DNA of 64,000 nt from Thermoplasmata archaeon (GCA_046540335.1 JBKHFH010000003.1:6954-70953); one strand, 5' to 3'. Counted from the first letter of the stretch, positions 1 through 10,121 are shown. Translations and numbers: made by a program. The notes: generated by a model not told the origin, from the letters alone.

Positions 1-94
1 AAAGATTATGATATAACGGTAATCTGCGAAACTCCTGAGCTTGACCGGGATAGCCTCAAGATGAAAGAGATTTTAGAAAGCTGAGCTGGGAAAA

Positions 95-2506
95 TCATCT
101 GGATTTTTCCAGCGACGAAACACCGTCTCTCTTTTCCACTCTATAGACCACATCCGCCAAGTTGACTATCTCGTTCTCATGAGAAACGATGATCACTTGG
201 TCCGCAGAAACTTTGTTTATCACGTCTTTCAGTCTCGTAAGCTGTTCCCTACTGAAGCCGGTCGTGGGCTCGTCTAAAACCAATAGATTGCTCTCAAGTC
301 CGAGTTCTTTTTTGATCATATTGTTGAAAGCCAGTCTATAAGCCAAAGCTACTGAAGTCCTTTCGCCCCCACTTAGATCATCCACCGTGGTCTCGTTGCC
401 CTGAACTGTTACAATGGGCGAAAACTTCTCGTCGAGCCTTGCACTCACATCCGGTTCGTCTAGAATCTCATCGAACCAGCCTCTGAAGAATCTACCGAAC
501 TTCGACCTTATCTGGCCTAAACGGTGCTCTTCTATGTTTTTTATAGTTTCTTTGAATTCATCAGAGATCCAAGTCTTGATATCTTTCAATTCCTCCGCTC
601 TTTCCTTGCTGTCCAGTCTCTCCTCGAGTTCAACTTTTTTCTCTTTTATCTCCGCTTCCAATCGCTCTATATCTGAGGAGAGGTTCTTTTTCTTTTCTAC
701 GAGCCGGCTTTCTTTCTGGATCAACTCTTCATATCTTTCTTTTACTTTTTCATGTTTTTCCTGTGAATAGTCTTCCTTCAGAGAGTCGAATTCTTCTTCA
801 AGATCCTTTTTATTTTCTTTTAATACCTCGAACTCCTCGCTCTTCTTGTTCTGTTTGCGCATCAATTCTCCCTTTTTCTTCAATCTCTCTTTTATCCCGA
901 TGAATTCCTCTTTAAATCTCTCGAGCTCGTTTTTTCTTTCTTTCATTTCCTTGATATCATCTTGGCCGTACTCGAATGACTTGATCTGGTTTTCTAATTC
1001 CTCGGTCTTGCTTTCAAGGTCCTCGACCCTTTCTTCGACTTCTTCTTTCTCTTCCAATTCTTTTTTCAGTCTCTTCTTCTCCTTTATTTTATAGTTAAGG
1101 TCCTCCTCTTTTTTTTCTATTTCCGAGATTTGTTCTGCTAATTCATCTAAATCTTTTTCTAAACCTTCTCTCTCTTCTTCAAGGGCCTTTTCTTCCTCAT
1201 TCAAAGATTCCTTTTCCTCTTCCAAATCTTTCAATATCTTCTCTACATGTTCGCTATCTAGAGGCTGTTTACACTTGGGGCACTGTTTCTCACCTTCTAG
1301 GCCAGATATTTCCTCCTCCTCGCTCTTGATATCTTTTATCTCCTTCTTTACCGCTCTGATATCCCCCCGTACCTCGCTCAATTTTTCTCTTATCTCCGTT
1401 TCTTCTTTTTTGAAATCTTCTAGATCTTCGATCTCCTCTTTTAAACCATCGATCTCATCTACTAATTCTTCCACTTCTTCTTCTTTATCTTCGAGTTCCC
1501 CCAATCTTTTCTTTTTGTTATCCAATCTTAGCTCAATATTATTCTTTTTACTCTCTTTCTTACTCTTCTTTTCCACGATGCTTCTAGCTTCTTCCAGCCT
1601 TTCTGCCATTTCGTCAAATTCCTTCTTCTTTTCTCTTATCTCATCCAACCTTTCTTCGTCTTCACTTATCCTCTCAAGATCCTCTTCGATCTCTTCAAGG
1701 TCCTTTTCAAGCGAACTCAACTTGTCATTTTTTCTTTGAATATCTCTCTGTAGTTCATCTATATCTTCCCTCAATTCCTCTAATTTTTCTCTTTTCACTT
1801 CGATATCCTTCTTTTCGTTCCTGCAGGATGTTAACTCTTCGAGAGTTCCTTTTTTTTCCTCTCTCTTCTCATCGAGTTCTTCCTCTCTCTCTTCTAATTC
1901 ATCTTCGACGTTCTCTATCTTCTCCGCTTTCACCTCCAACTTTCCTATCTCGTTCTTCAAACCGTCTCTCACTATCTTGGTATTTTCAGCGGCTCTTCTG
2001 TAGTCCTCTAAGTTGAATACTTTCCTTATGGATTCCAATCTCTCTTCTTCATTCATCGAGAGTATCTCTTTCATCCTTTCCTGCGGAGTATAGATACCCA
2101 TATGGAAGGTCTCGACCTTCCCGCTAGAAGATTCTCTGAGGCCTAAAAGTTCGTTCACCATCTCTCTCATCTCAGTCCAGGATAGTTCCATCCTCTTGCC
2201 GTCGGTCTCCATATAGGAGTCTTTACCCCATCCACTGCTCCTTTCTTTTACAGACCGGTAGGCAAGATATTCCTGTCCATCCACTTCAAATTCTAGTTCA
2301 ACGGTGGCTTTCTTCGCTCCATGTCTCAATATCTTGTCATAAAAATTCCGCTGTGTAGCCCCAAAAAGGACGAATTCTAAAGCATAGAGTATGGAAGACT
2401 TACCGGAACCGATATCCCCCTGAAATAGAAGGACTCCATCCTCAAATTCTATCTCCTGATGTTGGTAACTTCGGATGTTATCGATCACCATCCTGTTCAG
2501 TTTCAT
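95..2506 (-). CDS. rad50: DNA double-strand break repair ATPase Rad50 (SMC-like, long coiled coil with zinc hook)
   Basis: N-terminal Walker A GDIGSGKSS; roughly 600 aa of E/K-rich coiled coil; central CPKC zinc-hook motif; C-terminal ABC signature LSGGERTSVALAYRLAF and Walker B LLVLDEPTTGFS; overlaps mre11 by 4 bp (ATGA). Confidence 0.92.
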   Translation of the reverse strand: MKLNRMVIDNIRSYQHQEIEFEDGVLLFQGDIGSGKSSILYALEFVLFGATQRNFYDKILRHGAKKATVELEFEVDGQEYLAYRSVKERSSGWGKDSYMETDGKRMELSWTEMREMVNELLGLRESSSGKVETFHMGIYTPQERMKEILSMNEEERLESIRKVFNLEDYRRAAENTKIVRDGLKNEIGKLEVKAEKIENVEDELEEREEELDEKREEKKGTLEELTSCRNEKKDIEVKREKLEELREDIDELQRDIQRKNDKLSSLEKDLEEIEEDLERISEDEERLDEIREKKKEFDEMAERLEEARSIVEKKSKKESKKNNIELRLDNKKKRLGELEDKEEEVEELVDEIDGLKEEIEDLEDFKKEETEIREKLSEVRGDIRAVKKEIKDIKSEEEEISGLEGEKQCPKCKQPLDSEHVEKILKDLEEEKESLNEEEKALEEEREGLEKDLDELAEQISEIEKKEEDLNYKIKEKKRLKKELEEKEEVEERVEDLESKTEELENQIKSFEYGQDDIKEMKERKNELERFKEEFIGIKERLKKKGELMRKQNKKSEEFEVLKENKKDLEEEFDSLKEDYSQEKHEKVKERYEELIQKESRLVEKKKNLSSDIERLEAEIKEKKVELEERLDSKERAEELKDIKTWISDEFKETIKNIEEHRLGQIRSKFGRFFRGWFDEILDEPDVSARLDEKFSPIVTVQGNETTVDDLSGGERTSVALAYRLAFNNMIKKELGLESNLLVLDEPTTGFSREQLTRLKDVINKVSADQVIIVSHENEIVNLADVVYRVEKRDGVSSLEKSR

Positions 2507-3822
2507 CTAATACCGCCTCCAAAGTCCGTCAGAGATATCTGTCCGTCTTTCTGTTTCTCTCTTTCTTCTTTTGAATCTTCATCATCTGTATCTTCCTCAT
2601 GATCCTTGTCTTTCAAGTCTTCTCCGCTTTCCGAGCTGCTTTCATCATACTCATCTCTTTTCTTGATAAGTCCCCATGTTTCGCTCCAGATCCTGTTCTC
2701 GTAATCGGTAGTGGTTTCACCTTCTCTCTGCTGGTTTTTCAATACATTCAGCAGATCCTCTTGAAAAGATATGGAGAATACTCCAGAACTATCCGATTCT
2801 TCCAAAAGGCGGGATTCCATTTCTTCTTCCTTCCCCTCCTTTATATTCACCCTTTCGATCTCTTTACCCTCTAGTCCTCTCTGATTCAGATAAACGGTTT
2901 CAAAACCTCTTTGCTTTAGTGTACGGCGGAGTTCACTGAAGTCTATATCAGAGGGAGAACCACTGGAAAGTGTTCCTGATATTTTGAGCAGGAGTATGTC
3001 ACCCTGGAGATCTCTTTCCCTGAGTTCTTCCAACTCATCTCTCAGTTCATCTATCTTCAATCCTTCAGCGTCTATATGCTCCTTCCATATTTCCGGTTCC
3101 TTAAATGAGACGTATTCAGGTTCCCAATCCTCTACGATATAAAAGCCGCGCTGGTCTCTTTCAAGGTCTGTATAATCCGCTCCAAAAGTCGGACCTGGAT
3201 AGTATATACCTTTTCCCTCATCATATTCGATCTTCGCGTGGATGTGCCCGCCGGCATAATAAGTGAAGTCGTCTGGGAGAAGAGAAAGTGGAAGACTCCT
3301 ATCTTCGTGTATCTCTGCTGGCTTGAGTTCTGCAATAGGTGAATGAAAAACGAAAATACTCTCACCCTTTGCTTCAGGAAACTCTAGTTCCTCAAAATAA
3401 CTGATATCCGTCCTGTTCTTTCTGCCGCTCAATCCTGTTATAGAAACACCGGAGGGGTCTTCCTCGAATTCCAAAACGCCGTCTTCGTCAAGATATTTCA
3501 CCACTTTCTTGAAAACGCCGGCGCTCGCTAGAACATCTATCAAAGAGGCCCGAGATATCTTGTAATCGTGAGAGCCATAAACTGAATATATATTTATACC
3601 TAGTTTACGGGCCTCCATCAGCTTTTTAACAGCTCGGTCTACGATCTCCATATCCGGATGTGGGTTATGAAATAGATCGCCCGCTATGATTATGAAGTCG
3701 ACATCTCTCTGTTCGCTTATATCTATGGCTTTTTCAAAAGCCTTCAGATTGTAATCTCGGAGAACCTGGTCTCTAGAGAACGCGCCAAGATGACAATCAG
3801 CGATATGGGCGAACTTTACCAT
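2503..3822 (-). CDS. mre11: DNA repair nuclease Mre11 (calcineurin-like metallophosphoesterase)
   Basis: N-terminus MVKFAHIADCHLG ... IIIAGDLFH ... GSHD carries phosphoesterase motifs I-III; start/stop overlap with rad50 implies translational coupling. Confidence 0.9.
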   Translation of the reverse strand: MVKFAHIADCHLGAFSRDQVLRDYNLKAFEKAIDISEQRDVDFIIIAGDLFHNPHPDMEIVDRAVKKLMEARKLGINIYSVYGSHDYKISRASLIDVLASAGVFKKVVKYLDEDGVLEFEEDPSGVSITGLSGRKNRTDISYFEELEFPEAKGESIFVFHSPIAELKPAEIHEDRSLPLSLLPDDFTYYAGGHIHAKIEYDEGKGIYYPGPTFGADYTDLERDQRGFYIVEDWEPEYVSFKEPEIWKEHIDAEGLKIDELRDELEELRERDLQGDILLLKISGTLSSGSPSDIDFSELRRTLKQRGFETVYLNQRGLEGKEIERVNIKEGKEEEMESRLLEESDSSGVFSISFQEDLLNVLKNQQREGETTTDYENRIWSETWGLIKKRDEYDESSSESGEDLKDKDHEEDTDDEDSKEEREKQKDGQISLTDFGGGIR

Positions 3823-3925
3823 GCCGCTTCATAACTCACATATCGGTTTATAGTCTTTACCACAGGAGAGGGGAGCGAAAGTGGGGTGAAGGGATAATAC
3901 TAAATTATTCATCCCGAATAACCAT

Positions 3926-4858
3926 TTGATGTTTTGGCTCTCTTATCTTATAATTGCGATAATCTTCGCAGGGTTGATATACGCCTTCAGGTCCGATATG
4001 TACCTGACTCAGGTCTTGATAATAATCAATATGATCATATTTATCTTGATGCTCGCCGGTGAGATGTATCTTGCCGGAATTTATAATACGGTGATCCTAG
4101 ATTTGGCAGGACGAGCGATATTCGTAGGAGATCCTGAGCTATTGTTGGTTCGTGGACACACATTTTTAACGATGATGTTCATACATGGTGGGATAATGCA
4201 TATCTTCGGCAACATCATAATTCTCTTTTTCATAGGGATACCGTTAGAAGATAGAGTGGGAAAAAAGTGGACTTTCCTATTTTATATAATTGCAGGTTTG
4301 ATCGCCACGCTAGGGCAGTATCTTTTTACCTGGCTTCAGTTCGCTTTTGGTGGCGCACCTTTTGATGTGCTTACCACACCAAATCTAGGTGCATCAGGCG
4401 CAGTCTTCGGTATCATGGGGTCCCTAGTATTTCTCTTTCCAAGAGATAAGATAACAATGATAATCCCACCTCTTATCCTACCTAGAGTGAGGGTGGACCT
4501 AGCGGTCGGAGCTTTCATAATGATCCAGACCGGTATCGCTTTATTTACGGGATTAGGTAACACGGCTCACGCCGCACATTTTACCGGTTTAGCTGGTGGA
4601 ATAATCCTCGCATATTATGCAAAGAAGGCCGGTATAGTAGAAAAAGAGAAAGGCCCTATAAGGGATTACACAAAATTGAAAAAGTTAGTTGATAACGAAG
4701 AGAAAGAAAAAATTTATCAAAAAATCATAGATGCTGACGAGAGAGACGTGAAAGAGGCATGGTCGGATCATCTGATCAAAAAATCTCATTGCCCAAAATG
4801 CGGTAGAGATTTTAATAACGATGGGTGTGAATGCGGTTTCGAGGTATGGGAAGATTAA
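3926..4858 (+). CDS. Rhomboid-family intramembrane serine protease with C-terminal zinc ribbon
   Basis: Multi-TM protein with GASGAVFGIMG (GxSG catalytic Ser) and AHFTGLAGG (catalytic His helix); C-terminal CPKCG...CECG Cys4 ribbon. Confidence 0.8.
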   Translation: MMFWLSYLIIAIIFAGLIYAFRSDMYLTQVLIIINMIIFILMLAGEMYLAGIYNTVILDLAGRAIFVGDPELLLVRGHTFLTMMFIHGGIMHIFGNIIILFFIGIPLEDRVGKKWTFLFYIIAGLIATLGQYLFTWLQFAFGGAPFDVLTTPNLGASGAVFGIMGSLVFLFPRDKITMIIPPLILPRVRVDLAVGAFIMIQTGIALFTGLGNTAHAAHFTGLAGGIILAYYAKKAGIVEKEKGPIRDYTKLKKLVDNEEKEKIYQKIIDADERDVKEAWSDHLIKKSHCPKCGRDFNNDGCECGFEVWED

Positions 4859-4905
4859 TATACTTCTCATCCTAAAACACAGGTGATATAATAGGGTGTC
4901 AAAAG

Positions 4906-5499
4906 ATGAAAGTTCCCGATTCATACTATCTGCAGTGTCCTGTTTGCGAGAGAGAAACCCTTCATGAAATCCTAAAGGGCGAAATAGGGACCAAAGGCGA
5001 AGAAGTGACCATCGACGGAGTGGTGAAATGCGAAGAGTGCGGAAATACAAGACATAAAACTATCAGAGAAAAAAAAGCTATCGATGTCCCGATCGTGGTC
5101 AGCTGGAAAGGTGAATCCGAAAAGGATCACATCTCTCTTTATCCCGAGGAATGGGTGCATAAAGGTGACAACCTGATACTTGACGGGACCACCGTAAAGA
5201 TAACCTCGATAGAACAGGAAGAAGGCAGAACTGATTCATCCAAAGTTGAAGATATTAAGAACCTCTGGGCAAAAAAACATGAAAAGGTCAGGGTCAAATT
5301 CACCGTTCACAAGGGGAGGAGCAGCGCTTCAGAAGTCAGAGAGGTCGTGCCTGAAGAAGAGTTCTACGTCAATGATAGGGTAGAAATAGACGGGAACGAA
5401 GCTGTGATACACAAGATAATGACAGACGAAGAGGTAAAAACTAAGGGAAAAGCTATAGCAGAGAATATAAAAAGGATATATGCTAAGAGGATCAGATAA
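4906..5499 (+). CDS. Uncharacterized archaeal zinc-ribbon protein
   Basis: N-terminal CPVC...CEEC Cys4 ribbon followed by a beta-rich soluble domain; no catalytic motif recognised. Confidence 0.4.
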   Translation: MKVPDSYYLQCPVCERETLHEILKGEIGTKGEEVTIDGVVKCEECGNTRHKTIREKKAIDVPIVVSWKGESEKDHISLYPEEWVHKGDNLILDGTTVKITSIEQEEGRTDSSKVEDIKNLWAKKHEKVRVKFTVHKGRSSASEVREVVPEEEFYVNDRVEIDGNEAVIHKIMTDEEVKTKGKAIAENIKRIYAKRIR

Positions 5500-5507
5500 T
5501 CAAAGAC

Positions 5508-5566
5508 CAAAATTTTAAAATATTTCATCAGAAATCAATCAAGTCCTAAAAATAGTAAGAGGAGGT
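5508..5566 (+). promoter_or_regulatory. Predicted archaeal promoter (TATA-like AAATTTTAAAATATTT) and Shine-Dalgarno GAGGAGGT for albA
   Basis: AT-rich TATA-like element about 50-60 bp upstream of the ATG; perfect GAGGAGGT 8 bp before the start codon. Confidence 0.5.
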
Positions 5567-5573
5567 AAGACAT

Positions 5574-5852
5574 ATGGATGATGAAAACACAGTTTTTATC
5601 GGAAAGAAGGAAACCATGAACTATGTTATGGCAGTGGTCACCCAGTTCAAAGAGGGATCCGACGAAGTGATCATAAAGGCCCGTGGAAGAGCTATCAGTA
5701 AGGCAGTCGACGTGGCCGAGATAACTAAAAATAGGTTTCTCCCCGATGCTGATATAAAAGCTATAATAACTGAAACGGAAAAGATCCCGATCGACGAAGA
5801 AGAAGGTGAAACTACCAACGTATCTTCCATCGAGATCACCTTGGAATTATAA
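5574..5852 (+). CDS. albA: Chromatin/RNA-binding protein Alba (Sso10b family)
   Basis: 92 aa; [42 protein letters not shown] matches the Alba consensus; strong RBS. Confidence 0.9.
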   Translation: MDDENTVFIGKKETMNYVMAVVTQFKEGSDEVIIKARGRAISKAVDVAEITKNRFLPDADIKAIITETEKIPIDEEEGETTNVSSIEITLEL

Positions 5853-5921
5853 CTTCGTCCCTTACCCTTTACTTTCTCCTTTCATCGATAATATTAAAAT
5901 AATGTCAACATATCCTTAAAT

Positions 5922-6236
5922 ATGTCAACAATTCAAGACCTGACCGAGGAGGCCAATGAGTTCAGGGATCAAAGAGGATGGAAGAAATACCACACTCCTA
6001 AAGATATTGCGATCTCTATATCGTTAGAAGCTTCCGAACTGCTTGAACTTTTTCAGTGGAAAGATGATTCACTTGAAAATGTAGAGAGAGACCATCTCAG
6101 TGAGGAAATGGCAGATATCTTTATCTATCTTCTTTTCCTTTCAGACGTGACCGATATAAACCTTGAAAAAGCGGTGAGAGACAAGTTAGAGAAGAATAAA
6201 AAGAAATATCCCTCTGATGAGGATCATTTTGACTAG
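5922..6236 (+). CDS. MazG-like nucleotide pyrophosphohydrolase domain protein
   Basis: EEA.E....W....KY..P...A.SLEASELLELFQW ... EEMADIFIYLL are typical MazG/NTP-PPase all-alpha motifs (E-x2-E, E-x2-D). Confidence 0.7.
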   Translation: MSTIQDLTEEANEFRDQRGWKKYHTPKDIAISISLEASELLELFQWKDDSLENVERDHLSEEMADIFIYLLFLSDVTDINLEKAVRDKLEKNKKKYPSDEDHFD

Positions 6237-6280
6237 GGTTAAAAAAATAAAAATATAAAAAGTGGTTTAGAAGAGCTTGT

Positions 6281-6847
6281 TTACTTATTCTGTATGAACT
6301 TCGATACGTACGGACTGACCCCTGGCTTGTCCCTTCTGTAGTGTCCAGACGGATTTCCGTTCAAAAGTTCCTCGAACCATGCTTCGTGTTCTGTCTCCTC
6401 GTGAAGGATCGCCGCTGATAACTCGTAGGTCCTTGGATCCTTTCCATGAGTCATCTTGCAGATCTGAGTGTAAACTCCCACAGCGCATCTTTCCGCACCC
6501 AGTAACACTTCTAATATGTTCTCCGTTGTAGGATCGTCGGGAAGTTTTGCATCTTCACATGCCGCTCTATTGGCAAATTCTCTGATATCATTAGGTATCT
6601 CCCCACCCAACTCATATATACGGGGCAATAGTGCTTCGAAGTGATTCCTGTCTTCTAGTCTTGCGTCTTCGGCTATCTCTTTGATACTTTCCCCTTCCAT
6701 ACCTGTGCAGTTGTTTCTAAGGACGGTGTAATAATAGTAAGTCGTGAATTCAGCTGCAGCTGCATCTACAAGCTTCTCTTTCAGTTCATCTACATCGATC
6801 CCCGCTTCTTCTATCAATTCTACATTTCTTCGCGAAATAGTTCTCAC
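6281..6847 (-). CDS. Ferritin-like diiron protein (Dps / bacterioferritin-like)
   Basis: Paired helical E...E-x-x-H motifs ([20 protein letters not shown]) and a YYYY helix, as in ferritin-like four-helix bundles. Confidence 0.5.
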   Translation of the reverse strand: MRTISRRNVELIEEAGIDVDELKEKLVDAAAAEFTTYYYYTVLRNNCTGMEGESIKEIAEDARLEDRNHFEALLPRIYELGGEIPNDIREFANRAACEDAKLPDDPTTENILEVLLGAERCAVGVYTQICKMTHGKDPRTYELSAAILHEETEHEAWFEELLNGNPSGHYRRDKPGVSPYVSKFIQNK

Positions 6848-7031
6848 CCAATTACCTAAATGTAATAGTATTAAATAAACTTTACGAATTAATTATTATT
6901 GTTTTCTTAAATAGAACAATATATTACGATATTCGAGCTTTTTTTTGCGATTTATTTGGAAACGTCTCAGTTGTGATCGGGATAGAATCCTTCAAAAAAT
7001 ATATCTAATCATTCTAGCATACGAATATCGT

Positions 7032-8144
7032 ATGTCTTCAGAAGAAAAAGAATGGCCTGACTTCAGATTCACCTTGGAGGAACTAGCAGGAGCAGTAGGA
7101 GATTACGGGACTCTTCTTCCTATAGTTTTAGGAGTCGCAGTAGTTACTGAGATGAACCTGGGCCATATCTTACTGTTCTTTTCTATATGGTACATCTTTA
7201 CAGGCCTTTACTACAGGAAGCCAGTACCCGTCGAACCCATGAAGGCTATAGGGGCGATAATCATAGCCGGTCAGTTCACCCAAACTGAGATAGCAGCTAC
7301 CGGTATAGTCTTAGGTCTCTTTTTCCTAATGTTAGGGTTTTTAGGAGGTATGAAGCTTATAGAAGAAAAGATACCGCAGAGCATCATCAGAGGAGTTCAA
7401 TTGGGACTCGCCCTTATACTCTTAGAGACATCTTTAGACTTTCTGATAACTGACTACACGATTTCTTTTTTCTCTATAGCGATTATAGTTTCATTTTTTG
7501 CCGTTAAACAATTCAAAGAAATACCCGATGTTTCTTCCTTGATAGTTTTAGCTTTAGGCTTCATCATAGGTGTCTCAACTCACGGTTTCCCCCCTATAGA
7601 ACTGATGCCGATTCCTTCAATTCTGATCCCTGATCTGCAGGATTTCTTCACAGGGACTTATCTTTTAGCGCTACCCCAGATCCCGCTCACCGTTACCAAC
7701 TCGATCCTTGCGACCTCTCTTTTGATGAGTGATCTATTCAGAAAAAAACTTGATCCCGACAAACTTTCCAAAACGATAGGATTGATGAACATAGTCTCGA
7801 CACCTCTCAGTGGCTTTCCGATGTGTCACGGATCAGGAGGTCTAGCAGCTCAATATAGGTATGGTGCTAGAACTGGGGGCTCTAACATCCTGAGTGGAGT
7901 TATACTTCTGTTTATAGCCTTCGGCTTTGCCAGTGCAGCGTTCGTTAATATTTTGCCCATGGCCATCTTTGGGGCGCTTCTAGTTTTCGTAGCAGTAGAG
8001 CTTGGAAAGCACTCTTTCAAAACTGAATCCTATCTGATCACGATCATCGTAGCAGTTTTATCTCTTTTAGCAAATATAACCATTGGATTCATCGCTGGTC
8101 TAGGGGTTTATTATCTCATAAAGATTTTAAGTAAGAGTGGATGA
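7032..8144 (+). CDS. MOT1-family (SulP-related) molybdate/tungstate permease
   Basis: About 10 TM protein with VPVEPMKAIGAIIIAGQF and SGFPMCHGSGGLAAQYRYGARTG, the two signature motifs I recall for MOT1 molybdate transporters (PxPVQPMKxIxAxA and FGxMPxCHGAGGLAxQYxFGxRTG). ORF track start 6945; M at 7032 chosen. Confidence 0.6.
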   Translation: MSSEEKEWPDFRFTLEELAGAVGDYGTLLPIVLGVAVVTEMNLGHILLFFSIWYIFTGLYYRKPVPVEPMKAIGAIIIAGQFTQTEIAATGIVLGLFFLMLGFLGGMKLIEEKIPQSIIRGVQLGLALILLETSLDFLITDYTISFFSIAIIVSFFAVKQFKEIPDVSSLIVLALGFIIGVSTHGFPPIELMPIPSILIPDLQDFFTGTYLLALPQIPLTVTNSILATSLLMSDLFRKKLDPDKLSKTIGLMNIVSTPLSGFPMCHGSGGLAAQYRYGARTGGSNILSGVILLFIAFGFASAAFVNILPMAIFGALLVFVAVELGKHSFKTESYLITIIVAVLSLLANITIGFIAGLGVYYLIKILSKSG

Positions 8145-8214
8145 TCCGGATACGCAAGATTTATTAATTCTTAATCCATGGCTGATTCCAGATAGAGTTA
8201 AAAAAGGTGAAATT

Positions 8215-10092
8215 ATGTCAGGACATTGGGGAAAATTGTTGAGGATAGATCTGGGCGACGGCAGTGCTCAGGAAGAAGAACTTTCTGAAGACTTCTTGAA
8301 GAAATTCATAGGAGGCGCCGGTTTTACTACGAAAATACTATATGATGAAGTTGGAGAGGACGTTGAGCCTCTCTCCGAAGAGAACAAGCTGATAATGGCA
8401 CCCGGCCTCTTGGTCGGTCCGAAAGTACCCACGGGATCAAAGACCGCCTTCGGATTCAAAAGTCCACTTACTGGCGGTTACGGTAAGTCCATCGTCGGGG
8501 GTAAATTGGGCGATGAGCTCAAGAAAGCTGGCTACGATGCTCTTATCATAGAAGGTAAAGCGGATGAACGTTCGGTAGTGATTATAGATGACGGAGAAGT
8601 GAAATTGGAAGAAGCCGAAGATATGTGGGGCAAAGATACCCATGAAGCTGGCGACGTGATAAAAGAAAAATACGATGATGTCGAGACCGCAGTTATCGGA
8701 CCCGCCGGTGAAGAACTCTCAAAGATCTCGCTCGTAGAATGTAATGAAAGACAGGCTGGAAGAGGCGGTATCGGTGCGGTCATGGGTTCTAAAAACTTGA
8801 AAGGTATAGGTATCAGAGGATCTAAAGATTATCCGATACATGACAAAGATAAATTGGACGAACTCATCTCCGAATACAGGAAAGAGACACAAGAACAAGG
8901 CAAAACCGATATGGAGTACGGTTCCGGAGAAGCTCTACACCCGCTGAACGTGGAGATAGGGGCTTTCCCGGTCAAGAACTGGGAAGCCGGGTATTTCAAA
9001 GAGGCTTATGAAGAACTGGAAGATCCAGAAGCTGGTAGGATAGATATAGATCCTAGGAAATGGACGGAGGAATATAGAGATGGTAGAAGACCCTGTCCTT
9101 ATTGTACAAAACCCTGCAGCCAGTACTTTAAAGCTGAAGATACGCCGTATGGCGATATAGGAATAGATGGACCAGAATACGAAACTCAATACTCATTAGG
9201 TGGAAACTGCGGTGTAGACGATGTTGAAGCAGTTGCAAAGGCTAACGAACTCTGTGATAAACTGGGCCTAGATACCATTTCAGCAGGAGTGACAATTGCA
9301 TGGGCTATGGAGGCCTATGAAAAGGGATTATTGGAGACTGACTTGGACCTAGAATTCGGGAACGCCGAAGCGATGATAGAAGCCGTTAGAAGGATGGGTA
9401 AGAAAGAAGGTGAACTCGGTGAAATGCTTTACAACGGTGTGAAAGAAGCCGCTAAGAAACTAGGTCAAGGTTCTGAAGAATTCGCTATCCACATGAAAGG
9501 TATGGAACCCCCGGGATACGAGGCTAGAGGTATGTTCGGAATGGGACTCGCTATGGGTGTTGCTCCTAGAGGGGGAGATCACCTCACTTCTTGCGCTTAC
9601 GCCTTGGACTACGGTGGTAGTTTCTGGTATTTTGACGACTACAAGAGAAGAGACGTGGTTTCTAAAGGATTCCCACTAAAGATGATGGAAGACCTGATGA
9701 TGATATTCGATATGACTGGGATATGCAAGTTCTCAAGAGGTATATATCTAGACAAAAATCAGGTCGGTTTGGTCAATGCGATCACAGGATGGGATGTGAC
9801 CAACGGAGAGTTATTGAGAGCTGGTGAGAGAGGCCATAACGTTGCGAAGGCTTACAATGTGAGAGAAGGATTCCAGAGAGAAGACGACTACCTGCCTGAA
9901 AGGGTATATAGAGAAGAGGTCCCCTATGGTCCAAACGAAGGAGCACGCATCAAACCAAGGGATTATGAGGAAGCATTGAACCGATACTATATGGCTAGAG
10001 GTTGGAGTCTCGAAGGCATTCCAACAAAAGGAAAACTTGAAGACCTAGACCTTACCGATGTTGCGGAAGAAGTAGGTGCTACAAAACAGTAA
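8215..10092 (+). CDS. aor: Tungsten-containing aldehyde:ferredoxin oxidoreductase (AOR family)
   Basis: N-terminus MSGHWGKLLRIDLG; KSPLTGGYG pterin-binding loop; 626 aa typical of AOR; Cys residues for the 4Fe-4S cluster; GGTGA RBS upstream of the internal ATG at 8215 (ORF track begins at 8137). Confidence 0.88.
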   Translation: MSGHWGKLLRIDLGDGSAQEEELSEDFLKKFIGGAGFTTKILYDEVGEDVEPLSEENKLIMAPGLLVGPKVPTGSKTAFGFKSPLTGGYGKSIVGGKLGDELKKAGYDALIIEGKADERSVVIIDDGEVKLEEAEDMWGKDTHEAGDVIKEKYDDVETAVIGPAGEELSKISLVECNERQAGRGGIGAVMGSKNLKGIGIRGSKDYPIHDKDKLDELISEYRKETQEQGKTDMEYGSGEALHPLNVEIGAFPVKNWEAGYFKEAYEELEDPEAGRIDIDPRKWTEEYRDGRRPCPYCTKPCSQYFKAEDTPYGDIGIDGPEYETQYSLGGNCGVDDVEAVAKANELCDKLGLDTISAGVTIAWAMEAYEKGLLETDLDLEFGNAEAMIEAVRRMGKKEGELGEMLYNGVKEAAKKLGQGSEEFAIHMKGMEPPGYEARGMFGMGLAMGVAPRGGDHLTSCAYALDYGGSFWYFDDYKRRDVVSKGFPLKMMEDLMMIFDMTGICKFSRGIYLDKNQVGLVNAITGWDVTNGELLRAGERGHNVAKAYNVREGFQREDDYLPERVYREEVPYGPNEGARIKPRDYEEALNRYYMARGWSLEGIPTKGKLEDLDLTDVAEEVGATKQ

Positions 10093-10108
10093 ACCTTTAC
10101 TAAAACAC

Positions 10109-10121
10109 CTTTTCTTTTTTT
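10109..10121. terminator. T-tract terminator between convergent aor and PiT genes
   Basis: TTTCTTTTTTTG run immediately after the aor stop, in a convergent intergenic region. Confidence 0.4.

Noticed and set aside
414-2016. Several Ser/Leu/Phe-rich + strand ORFs (414-770, 846-1094, 1275-1739, 1828-2016)
   Set aside because: They are antisense to the Glu/Lys-rich coiled-coil of rad50. Low-complexity codon complement produces long spurious open frames.
8137-8214. ORF-track start of aor at 8137 (MDDPDTQDLL...)
   Set aside because: Overlaps the permease stop and lacks an RBS. The internal ATG at 8215 is preceded by GGTGA and gives the canonical AOR N-terminus.
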